NCBI GenBank assembly: GCA_965218425.1 | Contig: OZ244621.1 | Location: 1,696,001-1,760,000, forward strand | DNA: 64,000 nt | From: an uncultured Candidatus Binatia bacterium | GTDB taxonomy: Bacteria; Desulfobacterota; Binatia; UBA9968; CAXXLF01 | Direction of reading: 5' to 3' | Part shown: positions 1 to 8,991 of the stretch, piece after piece | How the letters are laid out: each line of letters starts with the position of its first letter | Position numbering within the stretch: the stretch's first letter is position 1 | Position numbers and translations under genes: made by a program | The notes under the pieces: generated by a model | Seen by the model: the letters and a program-made list of their open reading frames with translations, nothing else | What the model was told of the DNA's origin: nothing | Database searches by the model: none

Positions 1-530
1 TCCGGAATTGTGATGATCGCAGGATGGAACAGTTACGAGTTTGCGGCGCAGGTCTCGGCCAATGTCTTTTGCCTCAGGGAAAAAGCAAAGTGGAGGAGCG
101 TGCTCCCGTGACGTTTCAGGAGAATCGCACATGTAACAAGTTGAGATACGCATCATTCCGTCACCATATAAGATCTTAGTTAGGTTGACCGCCGCACCGC
201 GCTGAAAATGAACCGGGATCAGGCTTGCCCTCTTGCTATATGGGTTCCCTTCCCTTTCGGATTCCAGCTACGATTATATCAATTCTCTTGTGGAATGTCC
301 CGTCCACTTGGACGCAATGTTCTAATCAGCGCAACCAACCGCTCATCACCCCGGCATCACGGCTTGAATATCGGTGCAAGCGGACAGAATCAGATGGAAA
401 CGGGCCGGAAATCGGCCGGATTTTAAGGGCCATTCAGAGGTCGAAAAACGGGCCTGAAAGGGCCGTTAAACCGGGGTGAGCCGGAAGTGCGTCAGCGATG
501 CGTCCGGCGCGAACCCGAGTATCTCGACGG

Positions 531-974
531 TCAAGCGGGGGTCGATCGTAGCCGGGACAGGGCCCCGCGGATCCTTTCGACGGCTTCTCCGAGATGGTCC
601 ATCCTGGCGGCGTAGGATAGTCGCAAGAACCCTTCACTCCCGAATCCGGAGCCGTTGGTGGTGACCACGCCCGCTTCGCGAACCAGAAGCTTGGCGAATT
701 CCAGCGAGGGCATCTTGAATTCACGTATATCCAGGAAGACGTAAAAGGCTCCGTGGGGCGCGTGACACCGGATGCGAGGGATGTCTTTGAGCCCCTCCAC
801 GAGGAACCTTCCGCGTCGATCGTATTCTTTCACCATCTCGCGGATACGGTCCCGTGGGCCTTTCAGGGCGGCCACGCTTGCCTTCCGGGCCGGGGCGTTG
901 GCGCAGATGTTCACGGTGCGGCGGTATTTGAGGAGTTGGAACAGGAGGTCGGAGCGCGCCGCAAGGCAGCCCAC
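531..974 (-). pseudogene. C-terminal fragment of a PLP-dependent class I/II (aspartate-type) aminotransferase
   Basis: PHGAFYVF, GVVTTNGSGFGSEGFLRLSYA match the family C-terminus; only 147 aa and no room for the N-terminal two thirds before the regulator at 1147. Confidence 0.8.
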
Positions 975-1146
975 CCGTTAGATGTTTTGAACGTTGGAAA
1001 TCCGAATCCTTGATATTTTTTAAGATTTCGCGCTTCGGCTTGCGCAATTTGTCTCGCCGCAAAAAATTTTGTGAAGCCGTCCCGGTTGACCTTCCGTCGG
1101 CGCGAATTCAGCCCAATGACAGGGTCGAGAGATCGGCGGCACGGGG

Positions 1147-1815
1147 TCATTGGACCCGGATATTTTTTGCCGCTGCGATACCTAACGGAAACTGGTCCTT
1201 TCCTACCTTCAGGGTCATTATTCCAAGGGACGGCGCGATGTCGAGCACGCGGATCCGGGTTCCGGGCGTCAGCTTGTGCTGCAGGAGAAATTCCAGAAGG
1301 CGAGAGTCTCGCTCCCCCATTTCGCTTATGCACCGTAGGATCACTTCCTTGCCGGAGGCAACCGAGCTCAAGGGCAACCACTTGCGCTTCCAGGGCGGGT
1401 TCCCCTCGGTTGGGATGGGGTTGCCGTGGGGGCAGGTGGTGGGGTGGTGCAAGACTTCCGCCAGTCTTTCTTCCACCGTGGGTGAGATGACATGTTCTAT
1501 CCGATGGGCTTCCTGATGTGCGCTGACCCAGTCCAGACCCAAGAGGTCGGTGAGAAATCTTTCCGTCAGGAAGTGACGCCGCAGGATGGTCTCCGCCACC
1601 TTTTTACCCGTAGGGGTCAGGCGAATCTCCTTGCGCCGCTCTACCTTTGCATAGCCTTCCTTCTCCAGACGCCGCAGGGCGCTGAACATCGTCGACGGGG
1701 AAACGCCGATCTCCTCTGCAACCCTTGCAGCGATCACCGTCTCGCTCTCTTCCGCCAGGAGATAGATGGCCTTTAGATAGTCTTCCGTGGCCGGGGTGGG
1801 TTCCGTATGGTTCAT
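1147..1815 (-). CDS. DtxR/MntR/IdeR family metal-dependent repressor with C-terminal FeoA-like domain
   Basis: TEDYLKAIY, HTH, RRHFLTERFL, HQEAHRIEH, TCPHGNPIP; ATG at 1815 chosen as start. Confidence 0.92.
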   Translation of the reverse strand: MNHTEPTPATEDYLKAIYLLAEESETVIAARVAEEIGVSPSTMFSALRRLEKEGYAKVERRKEIRLTPTGKKVAETILRRHFLTERFLTDLLGLDWVSAHQEAHRIEHVISPTVEERLAEVLHHPTTCPHGNPIPTEGNPPWKRKWLPLSSVASGKEVILRCISEMGERDSRLLEFLLQHKLTPGTRIRVLDIAPSLGIMTLKVGKDQFPLGIAAAKNIRVQ

Positions 1816-1819
1816 GGGG

Positions 1820-1944
1820 TTGACAAACAAATGATTTTCGACTAATCGAATCCTGAATGATTCAAAAGGCGAAATATATTGCTTTGTGACTCGATTCGCG
1901 ACGTATCGGTCCAGACCAATCATATTTCACCGCATTGGAAATAT
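1820..1944. promoter_or_regulatory. Divergent promoter region with candidate operator palindromes
   Basis: TTGACA at 1820-1825; inverted repeats TTCGA-CTAA-TCGAA (1837-1850) and ATATTTC-N9-GAAATAT (1922-1944). Confidence 0.4.
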
Positions 1945-1968
1945 CAAGCGACGCAAAGGAGCGGATGT

Positions 1969-2988
1969 ATGAGATTTTATCGGGCAGTGAAACTTGCCGG
2001 AGCATTCTTCATCTTGGCCTGGGCCCTATCGGGAGTCCTGGCGACCCCGTTACAGGCTCAGTCGGTGGTGGTCTATTCCTCCAGGATCGAGAGGCTGATC
2101 AAGCCCATGTTCGGCGCCTTCACGTCAAAGACAGGGGTCGAGGTCCGGTATTTTACCGCTAAAGTGTCCGAGCTGTTTGAGAGGCTCAAGGCCGAGGGGC
2201 CCAACACCCCCGCCGATCTATTCATGACCGTGGACGCCGGGAACCTCTGGATCACAGAGCAGGCTCGACTTCTCCAGGGGTTCAAGTCGGACATTGTCGC
2301 AAAGAACATCCCTGCCCACTTGCGCGCTGGAGACAACTCCTGGGTGGGGCTCACGGTCCGCGCCAGGCCCGTCATGCACAGCACCAAAAGGGTCAAACCG
2401 TCCGAGTTGTCCACCTATGAGGCATTGGCTCAACCCCGTTGGAAGGGAAGGCTCTGCCTGCGCACGTCGCGAAAGGTTTACACCCTCTCGCTGGTGGCGA
2501 CCATGATGAAGTCGCTGGGTGAGAAACGCACGGAAGAGGTGGCTCGCGGGTGGATCGCCAACAAGCCGAGGATCTTTAACAGCGACACCAGGCTGATCAA
2601 AGCCATGGGCGCGGGTCAGTGCGACGTGGGCATCGCCAACACCTACTATCTGGCCCGTCTCAAGGCGAAGGACGCCGGGTTTCCGGTGGCGGTTTTTTGG
2701 CCCAACCAGAAGGGTCGCGGCGTGCATGTCAATATTTCCGGCGCCGGGGTGACCCGCTATGCCAAGAACCGGGATAATGCCGTCAGGCTAATCGAGTTCC
2801 TGAGCTCACCGGATGCCCAGAGCCTATTTGCCGATGCCAACTACGAGTATCCCGCCAACCCGGCCGCCAAGCCCCACAGCCTGATCGCAAAGTGGGGCGC
2901 CTTCAAAGGGGATCAGGTGGACGTGGCCGCAGCCGGGGCCTTGCAAGCGGCGGCGGTGAAGCTCCTGGACCGCGTCGGTTACAAGTGA
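1969..2988 (+). CDS. Fe(III) ABC transporter substrate-binding protein (FutA/FbpA/IdiA family)
   Basis: Signal peptide, VYSSR, EGPNTPADLFMTVDAGNL, NTYY, GVHVNISGAGV, ANYEYP; AAGGAG RBS before ATG 1969. Confidence 0.92.
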   Translation: MRFYRAVKLAGAFFILAWALSGVLATPLQAQSVVVYSSRIERLIKPMFGAFTSKTGVEVRYFTAKVSELFERLKAEGPNTPADLFMTVDAGNLWITEQARLLQGFKSDIVAKNIPAHLRAGDNSWVGLTVRARPVMHSTKRVKPSELSTYEALAQPRWKGRLCLRTSRKVYTLSLVATMMKSLGEKRTEEVARGWIANKPRIFNSDTRLIKAMGAGQCDVGIANTYYLARLKAKDAGFPVAVFWPNQKGRGVHVNISGAGVTRYAKNRDNAVRLIEFLSSPDAQSLFADANYEYPANPAAKPHSLIAKWGAFKGDQVDVAAAGALQAAAVKLLDRVGYK

Positions 2989-3000
2989 GGTGAAGAGTCG

Positions 3001-4701
3001 GTGAGCATCGGGGGAAACGCACAACGTCGCGCGTCCCGGTCATGGCGGGATCCCTGGTTTCTGGCGGCCGGCATCGTCGCGCTGCTCGTGGCAACCCCCA
3101 TCCTGGTGGTGCTCTCATCACTGCTGACGCCAAGCCTCGATGTCTGGGCCCATCTTTGGGAGACTCAACTTCTCGAGCTTGTACGGAACACTTTTTTATT
3201 GATAATCGGAGTCGGATCGGGCGTGCTCGTCCTGGGCACCGGGCTTGCATGGCTGGTGACCATGTACCGCTTTCCGGGTCGGGGGATCTTCGAGTGGCTT
3301 CTGATTCTCCCCCTGGCGATTCCCGCCTACGTGATCGGGTTCGTGTTCCTGGCCATCTTCGACTACGCGGGGCCGGTGCAGAGCCGGCTTCGGGCGCTGT
3401 TGGGACCCGACATCTGGTTTCCGGATTTCGCCTCCTACGGCGGGGTCACCCTCGTCATGACCCTGGTGCTCTACCCTTACGTCTACATGCTGGCGAGAAC
3501 CGCCTTCATGGAACAGGCGGCCGGCACCATGGAGGCGGCGCGTTCTCTGGGCGCTCGGCCCCTGGCGGTTTTCTGGAACGTGGCGCTGCCCCTGGCGCGG
3601 CCCTCCATCGCCGCGGGACTGGCTTTCGCCCTGATGGAGACATTGGCGGACTTCGGCACGGTCGCCATATATGGATACCCGACGTTCACGGTGGCTGTTT
3701 ACCGCGTCTGGTACGGCCTGTTCGACCGCGCCGCGGCCACTGAGCTGGCCGGCATCCTCATGATGTTCGCCCTGGGACTGTACTTGATGGAGCGCATGGC
3801 CCGCGGCCATGCCCGCTTCTTTCAAACGGAAGGAACCGTGCGGCCGGCGTTCGCCAAAAGACTGTGCGGCTGGCGGGCATGGACGGCCAGCGGGGTGGTC
3901 GGCCTTGTGGTTGGAGTCGCATTCGTCCTTCCCGTCCTCCAGTTGTCGCTGTGGGTGGCGGGAAGCGCCGAGTTCGATGCACGCTATCGTGAATTCCTTT
4001 TCACCACGCTCATGTTGGGCGGGGTCACGGCTGTTCTGGCGGTGGCCGTTGCAGTGTTGGTGGCCTACGGGCTGCGCCTTAGCCGCAATCGAATCATCCC
4101 GGCATTGGCGCGGATAGCCAGCATGGGTTACGCCCTTCCGGGATCGGTGATCGCCGTGGGAGTGTTGGTCCCGCTCGCTTTCGTGGATCGCACATTGGAT
4201 GGTTTTTTGCGCGCCACATGGGGGATCTCCAGCGGTCTCCTCTTGACGGGAACCATGGTCACGTTGATCTTTGCCTATCTGGTTCGATTCCTGGCCGTCG
4301 GTTTTCATACGGTGGAGGCGAGCCTGGTAAAAGTCACCCCTAACATGGACATGGCCGGGCGGTCCCTCGGGGTGGGTAAAGGGGGGGTGCTCCGGCGAAT
4401 TCACCTGCCTCTCATCAGGGGCGGGCTGAGCGCCGCCGCGCTTCTGGTATTTGTGGATGTGATGAAGGAGATGCCCGCCACGCTTCTCCTGAGGCCGTTC
4501 GGTTATGAAACCCTGGCCGTGCGCGTTTGGCAGCTCACGTCCGAATCCTTTTGGGAGGCCGCCGCCCTGCCGGCCCTGACCATTGTCGCGGCGGGTATCC
4601 TGCCGGTCATGTTACTGATTGCAGGCGGCGCTCCGGCCTTCTCTTCCCGCGGGGATCCTTCGGCGGCGAGTGACTCGATTCCCGTTGTCGCCGCGCCGTA
4701 A
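3001..4701 (+). CDS. Fe(III) ABC transporter permease (FutB/FbpB family)
   Basis: Two permease repeats with EAARSLG loop, METLADFG, VMKEMPATLLLRPFGYETLA. Confidence 0.92.
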   Translation: MSIGGNAQRRASRSWRDPWFLAAGIVALLVATPILVVLSSLLTPSLDVWAHLWETQLLELVRNTFLLIIGVGSGVLVLGTGLAWLVTMYRFPGRGIFEWLLILPLAIPAYVIGFVFLAIFDYAGPVQSRLRALLGPDIWFPDFASYGGVTLVMTLVLYPYVYMLARTAFMEQAAGTMEAARSLGARPLAVFWNVALPLARPSIAAGLAFALMETLADFGTVAIYGYPTFTVAVYRVWYGLFDRAAATELAGILMMFALGLYLMERMARGHARFFQTEGTVRPAFAKRLCGWRAWTASGVVGLVVGVAFVLPVLQLSLWVAGSAEFDARYREFLFTTLMLGGVTAVLAVAVAVLVAYGLRLSRNRIIPALARIASMGYALPGSVIAVGVLVPLAFVDRTLDGFLRATWGISSGLLLTGTMVTLIFAYLVRFLAVGFHTVEASLVKVTPNMDMAGRSLGVGKGGVLRRIHLPLIRGGLSAAALLVFVDVMKEMPATLLLRPFGYETLAVRVWQLTSESFWEAAALPALTIVAAGILPVMLLIAGGAPAFSSRGDPSAASDSIPVVAAP

Positions 4702-4744
4702 ATGCAATAGACGTGAATCCATCAAGGCGAAACGAATACGATCC

Positions 4745-6676
4745 ATGAAGCGGGTATTTCTTTTTTCAGTCCTGTCGTTGCTCCTGGCGGCCCATCACGC
4801 CGTTGCGGATGAGACCCGGCGTTTCCTCCTCATTGTGGATTACATCGGGAGCGACTACGCAGTTGCGGTTCAAGGTGGAAAGATAGTCAATGCGGGGGAG
4901 TATCGGGAGATGGAGTCCTTCAGCGCGGATGCCCTTTCCCTCTTCGCTTCGCTCCCTCCTCCCGCCGACCGGAAGGCATACGGTCGGATTCAGGCAAAGC
5001 TCAAGGAGCTCCGGCGTCTGGTGCGGAGCAAAGCGGATCCGTCCGTGGTGGCCGGCCTCACCGGGGAGATCAAGAGCGCCGCGGTTGATCTCTATCAGGT
5101 GACGACCTTCCCCTTGAAGGCCCCCTCGCTCAAGAAAGCCGAGAGGTTTTACAGGGAAAACTGTGCGGTATGTCACGGCGTGGACGGAGGCGCCAAAACC
5201 GCCCTGGCAAAGGAATTGAACCCCCCGCCGACGAATTTTCGCGATCCCTCGGTCATGGCGGGGCTTTCACCCTTTAAGGCCTTCAACGTCCTTTCATTCG
5301 GGATACCGGGCACGGGCATGCCTTCCTTCGACGCCTTCAATGAACAGGACCGGTGGAGCCTGGCCTTTTACCTTTTCTCCCTGCGCTTCGACCCCGGTGA
5401 AATCACCGGAGGAGAAGCCCTTTGGGCGGACCGGAGCCGCAAGGAAATCGGCGAATTGAAAACCCTTGCGTCGCTTACCGACGGGGAGCTGCTAGAACGA
5501 ATGGGCGCCGGGAGGGGTGAAACAGAGGACGCGGGAAGATCCGTATTGGCGTATTTACGCGGGGGACTCCCTGAAAGCGTGGTTCTTGATCCCCTTTCCT
5601 ATTCCCTCGCTCAGCTCCGTCTGAGCGTTCGGGAGCTCAAAGCGGGGAATCGAGACGGAGCGTATCAAGCCGTGCTGGAAGCCTATCTGGAGGGGTTCAA
5701 GCTCGTGGAGCCGGACCTGCGCGCGGCAAACCCGGACAGGGTCCCTGAGATCGAACGGATGTTCCTGGCCGCCCGAGGGGCGCTTAAAGGATCCGATTCC
5801 AAGCTTGCCCTTCCCTTGCTGGCGCAACTCGGTGAAGAACTCGTCAAGGTCCGGAGCGATTTGGGATCGGGTCCATCAGGCGCCTCCTTTGCCTTCTTCA
5901 ATTCCATGGCCATTATCCTCAGGGAGGGACTGGAGGCCGCCCTGATCGTAGCCGCTATCCTTGCCTTGCTTAGATTGTCGGGCCAGCGCGCGGCCATGAT
6001 CTATGTTCATTGGGGCTGGATCGGCGCCATTGGAGCGAGTCTGCTCACGTGGTTGGCGGCGGAGTTTCTAATCGCCATTAGCGGATCCAACCGGGAGCTG
6101 GTGGAGGGAATCGCCTCCTTGCTGGCGGCTGTGGTTTTGTTTTACGTGAGCTTCTGGTTGCTGGCAAAGCTGGAGACAAGGAAGTGGACCGACTTTATCA
6201 GATCCAAAGTAGAGACGGCTCTTTCCAAGGGGCACGTAACGGCCCTGGCGGGGGTCTCTTTTCTTGCCGTCTATCGGGAAGGATTCGAAACGGTTCTTTT
6301 TTATCAGGCGCTTCTTTTAAGCAGTTCTTCCACCCAGGGCTCGGTGCTTTTGGGATTTGTCGCGGGTGTTGCCTTGCTTATGGTTTTCATCGTCGCCATC
6401 TTCAGGGCGGGCTTGCATTTTCCGGTGCGTTATCTTTTCGGTTTCACGAGCGGGTTGCTTTATATTCTGGCCGTTATTTTTGCGGGCGAGGGAATCTACC
6501 GCCTGCAACAGGTGGATCTCTTGGGCGCCACCTCCGTAAACTTTCCTTCCTTTCCCATGCTGGGGATCTACCCCAGCCTCGAGGGCCTTCTCCTCCAGGG
6601 AGCCATGCTTTTTCTCTTCATCTCCTCACTGCTATGGTTCTTCGTCCTCTTGCCCAGACGGGCAGTGTCCGCTTAG
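4745..6676 (+). CDS. Cytochrome c / FTR1-family iron permease fusion (PbrT/EfeU-like)
   Basis: Signal peptide, CAVCH heme motif, GIPGTGMPSF, two FTR1 motifs REGLE and REGFE in a hydrophobic C-terminal domain. Confidence 0.9.
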   Translation: MKRVFLFSVLSLLLAAHHAVADETRRFLLIVDYIGSDYAVAVQGGKIVNAGEYREMESFSADALSLFASLPPPADRKAYGRIQAKLKELRRLVRSKADPSVVAGLTGEIKSAAVDLYQVTTFPLKAPSLKKAERFYRENCAVCHGVDGGAKTALAKELNPPPTNFRDPSVMAGLSPFKAFNVLSFGIPGTGMPSFDAFNEQDRWSLAFYLFSLRFDPGEITGGEALWADRSRKEIGELKTLASLTDGELLERMGAGRGETEDAGRSVLAYLRGGLPESVVLDPLSYSLAQLRLSVRELKAGNRDGAYQAVLEAYLEGFKLVEPDLRAANPDRVPEIERMFLAARGALKGSDSKLALPLLAQLGEELVKVRSDLGSGPSGASFAFFNSMAIILREGLEAALIVAAILALLRLSGQRAAMIYVHWGWIGAIGASLLTWLAAEFLIAISGSNRELVEGIASLLAAVVLFYVSFWLLAKLETRKWTDFIRSKVETALSKGHVTALAGVSFLAVYREGFETVLFYQALLLSSSSTQGSVLLGFVAGVALLMVFIVAIFRAGLHFPVRYLFGFTSGLLYILAVIFAGEGIYRLQQVDLLGATSVNFPSFPMLGIYPSLEGLLLQGAMLFLFISSLLWFFVLLPRRAVSA

Positions 6677-6833
6677 GGTCCCTGCTGTCGCCCCGCTCGC
6701 GCCGCTGCCCGGCCTGTTCGGCATGGCACTCGGCACAATCGAGGCGTTCCGCCGACTGGAACGGGCGGGCAGTCAGGCGGGCCACGGCTATACTCCCGGG
6801 CGCACTCCGGAAGGCTCTCTTGACCGGCGCTTG

Positions 6834-6933
6834 CGGGCTGACGGCGGCGATCCCGATCGTCAATCGGTTGACATTTTGGTTTCGTTATAGGATCTTTCCA
6901 CTTCCGGGCTGACGATGGCGATCCCGATCGCCA
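6834..6933. repeat. Two 29-bp direct repeats, each carrying a palindrome, flanking a TTGACA
   Basis: 6834-6862 and 6905-6933 are 26/29 identical; second copy holds perfect TGGCGATC-CC-GATCGCCA; TTGACA at 6868-6873. Confidence 0.8.
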
Positions 6934-7028
6934 CGATTCTCAATTGCCCGGAACGCCGAGTCGATTGCGCTATCCACGAGATGAGCGGGCACAACGACAC
7001 GGCGGTCGCAAGGAGAGAGGAGAGAGGA

Positions 7029-7460
7029 ATGAAGATCACGAATTCGACCAGGCACATCGTGCTTGCCGCCGCGATGACGCTTATTTGCCCGGCGGCCGGC
7101 GCGGCGGATCAACGGGTGCTCGTGGAGCTAAACAAGCTCGAGGCCAACAAGAAGGACGCCTGCCGCGCCTACATGGTAATGAAGAACGAAGGCGCGACTC
7201 GATTCGAGACCCTGAAGCTCGATCTGGTGATCTTCGACGCGGACGGCATCATCGCCAAGCGGCTCGCGGTCGAAGCGGCGCCGCTGCCGGTCGGAAAGAC
7301 CAGCCTCAAGGTGTTCGACATCAACGGTCTGGCATGCGCGCGGATCGGCCGCTTGCTGCTCAACAACGTCATCGACTGCGTCGACAGCACCGGACGGCGC
7401 GGGGATTGTCTGGCCCTGGTCTCGACCCGCGCGCGGGGATCGGTGGACTTCGTCAAGTGA
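7029..7460 (+). CDS. Exported protein of unknown function with four Cys in the mature part, upstream of exbB
   Basis: Signal peptide ending AAGA; VELNKLE...CR, LKLDLVIFD..G, FDI..LAC..IGRLLLN.VIDC; AGAGGA RBS. Confidence 0.75.
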   Translation: MKITNSTRHIVLAAAMTLICPAAGAADQRVLVELNKLEANKKDACRAYMVMKNEGATRFETLKLDLVIFDADGIIAKRLAVEAAPLPVGKTSLKVFDINGLACARIGRLLLNNVIDCVDSTGRRGDCLALVSTRARGSVDFVK

Positions 7461-7462
7461 CC

Positions 7463-8191
7463 ATGGACCCCACCGCTTACCACGTAGCCTCTCTCTCGGC
7501 GGTGTCCGAACGGATGTTGGGGTGGCTCCAACTGGGCGGACCCGTGGTTATGGTTCTGTTGGCCATGTCGGTGCTGGCGCTGACCATCGTGATCATCAAG
7601 CTCTGGCAGTTCCGTGCGTTGCGGATCGGTGACCTGGGTCCGGCGCGGGAGGCGGCGGAGCTCTATTGCCGCGGTCGGCCGGACGCCGCCCTGGCGCTGG
7701 CAGGGCGAACCGGGAACCCGGTCGCCGGGATGCTGTCACAGGCCATGCGCGGGCAGCGCCGCGGCCTTCCGGAGGCAAAGGTGCGCGAGGAGGTCATCCG
7801 GCATGCAGGTGATGTCCTGGAGTCATTGCGCGCCGGGTTGCGGCCGTTGGAGGTGATCGCCTCGCTCGCGCCGCTGCTCGGCCTGTTCGGCACGGTGCTG
7901 GGCATGATCGAGGCGTTCCGCCGCCTCGAACAGGCGGGCAATCAAGCGGATCCGGCGATCCTTTCCGGCGGCATCTGGGAAGCGCTGCTGACCACCGCGG
8001 TGGGGCTGGCCGTGGCCATACCGGTGGTGGCGGTTCTCAACTGGCTGGAACGGCGGGTCGATCGCCTTGAGCACGAGATGGACAGCATCGTCACCCGGGT
8101 CTTCACGGTTGACTTGTCCGACGGTCCCGAAAAGGAGGAGGGCCATGCGTCAACACAACTACGCGATGCGGCCCCGCATGCCGTCGAATAG
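7463..8191 (+). CDS. exbB: MotA/TolQ/ExbB proton-channel family protein
   Basis: GGPVVMVL, APLLGLFGTVLGMIEAF, GGIWEALLTTAVGLAVAIP. Confidence 0.9.
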   Translation: MDPTAYHVASLSAVSERMLGWLQLGGPVVMVLLAMSVLALTIVIIKLWQFRALRIGDLGPAREAAELYCRGRPDAALALAGRTGNPVAGMLSQAMRGQRRGLPEAKVREEVIRHAGDVLESLRAGLRPLEVIASLAPLLGLFGTVLGMIEAFRRLEQAGNQADPAILSGGIWEALLTTAVGLAVAIPVVAVLNWLERRVDRLEHEMDSIVTRVFTVDLSDGPEKEEGHASTQLRDAAPHAVE

Positions 8192-8576
8192 GGCCGGTGG
8201 GCGTCGGGGGTTGATCCGCCTGACGCCGCTGATCGATGTCGTGTTCATCCTGCTCATCTTCTTCATGCTGGCATCGAGCTTTCTGGACTGGCGCGCCCTG
8301 GACTTGACCGCCGCCTCCGAGGCGGAGGCCGGCGCGTCCATGGAGGGAGCGCTGCTGGTGGAAATCCGCAGTAACGGCTTGCGGCTGTCGGGCGAATCCA
8401 TCTCCCTTGACGCCCTTGGCGGTCGTATGGAGGCCCGGGCGGAGATGCGACCCGGTCAGCAGGTGCTGGTAAAGCCGGCCCGCGGCATCACGGTGCAGGA
8501 AGCGGTCCGGGTCCTTGATCGGATCGCGGGAGCGGGAATCACCCAGCTTTCTCTGATTCGTGACCCGGATGCGTAG
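8145..8576 (+). CDS. exbD: Biopolymer transporter ExbD (copy 1, canonical Asp)
   Basis: LTPLIDVVFILLIFFML transmembrane motif; start uncertain. Confidence 0.88.
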   Translation: MRQHNYAMRPRMPSNRAGGRRGLIRLTPLIDVVFILLIFFMLASSFLDWRALDLTAASEAEAGASMEGALLVEIRSNGLRLSGESISLDALGGRMEARAEMRPGQQVLVKPARGITVQEAVRVLDRIAGAGITQLSLIRDPDA

Positions 8577-8991
8577 CTATCGATCCTCAGGCTCCGGGCG
8601 GCCCCGGGTGAAAAACGATGAGGAGCGTATTCTGCCGCTTATCAACGTCGTGTTCCTGCTGCTCATTTTTTTCATGCTCGCCGGACAATTTGCCGCTTTG
8701 GACCCGTTCCGGATAGAGCCGCCCAGTTCGCTGACTCAAGAGCAGCCGGAAAGGCAGGCGATGGAAGTGCTGATGGACGTCGACGGACAGCTTGCCCTTG
8801 ACGGCGCCGTCATCGGGGCCATGGCGCTCAAATCGGCCGTCTCGACGCGCAAGTTCAGGGAAGGCGTCGTTAACGTTCGGTTGAAGGCCGACGGGCGGGC
8901 GGACGCAACGCGGGTGGTCGTGGTGATGGAGTTGTTGCGCGATGCCGGTGTCGAGAAGCTCCACCTTCTCACCTCGGCGGGGAAACCCTGA
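8569..8991 (+). CDS. exbD: Biopolymer transporter ExbD (copy 2, Asn at the conserved Asp)
   Basis: ILPLINVVFLLLIFFML; LKADG...VMELLRDAGV. Confidence 0.85.
   Translation: MRSYRSSGSGRPRVKNDEERILPLINVVFLLLIFFMLAGQFAALDPFRIEPPSSLTQEQPERQAMEVLMDVDGQLALDGAVIGAMALKSAVSTRKFREGVVNVRLKADGRADATRVVVVMELLRDAGVEKLHLLTSAGKP

Noticed and set aside
1..530. Short ORFs and a possible gene end at 1-111
   Set aside because: No recognisable family, RBS or consistent frame
6944..7462. N-terminal extension of the 415-aa ExbB ORF
   Set aside because: Arg-rich shadow frame overlapping the 7029-7460 gene; ExbB plausibly starts at 7463
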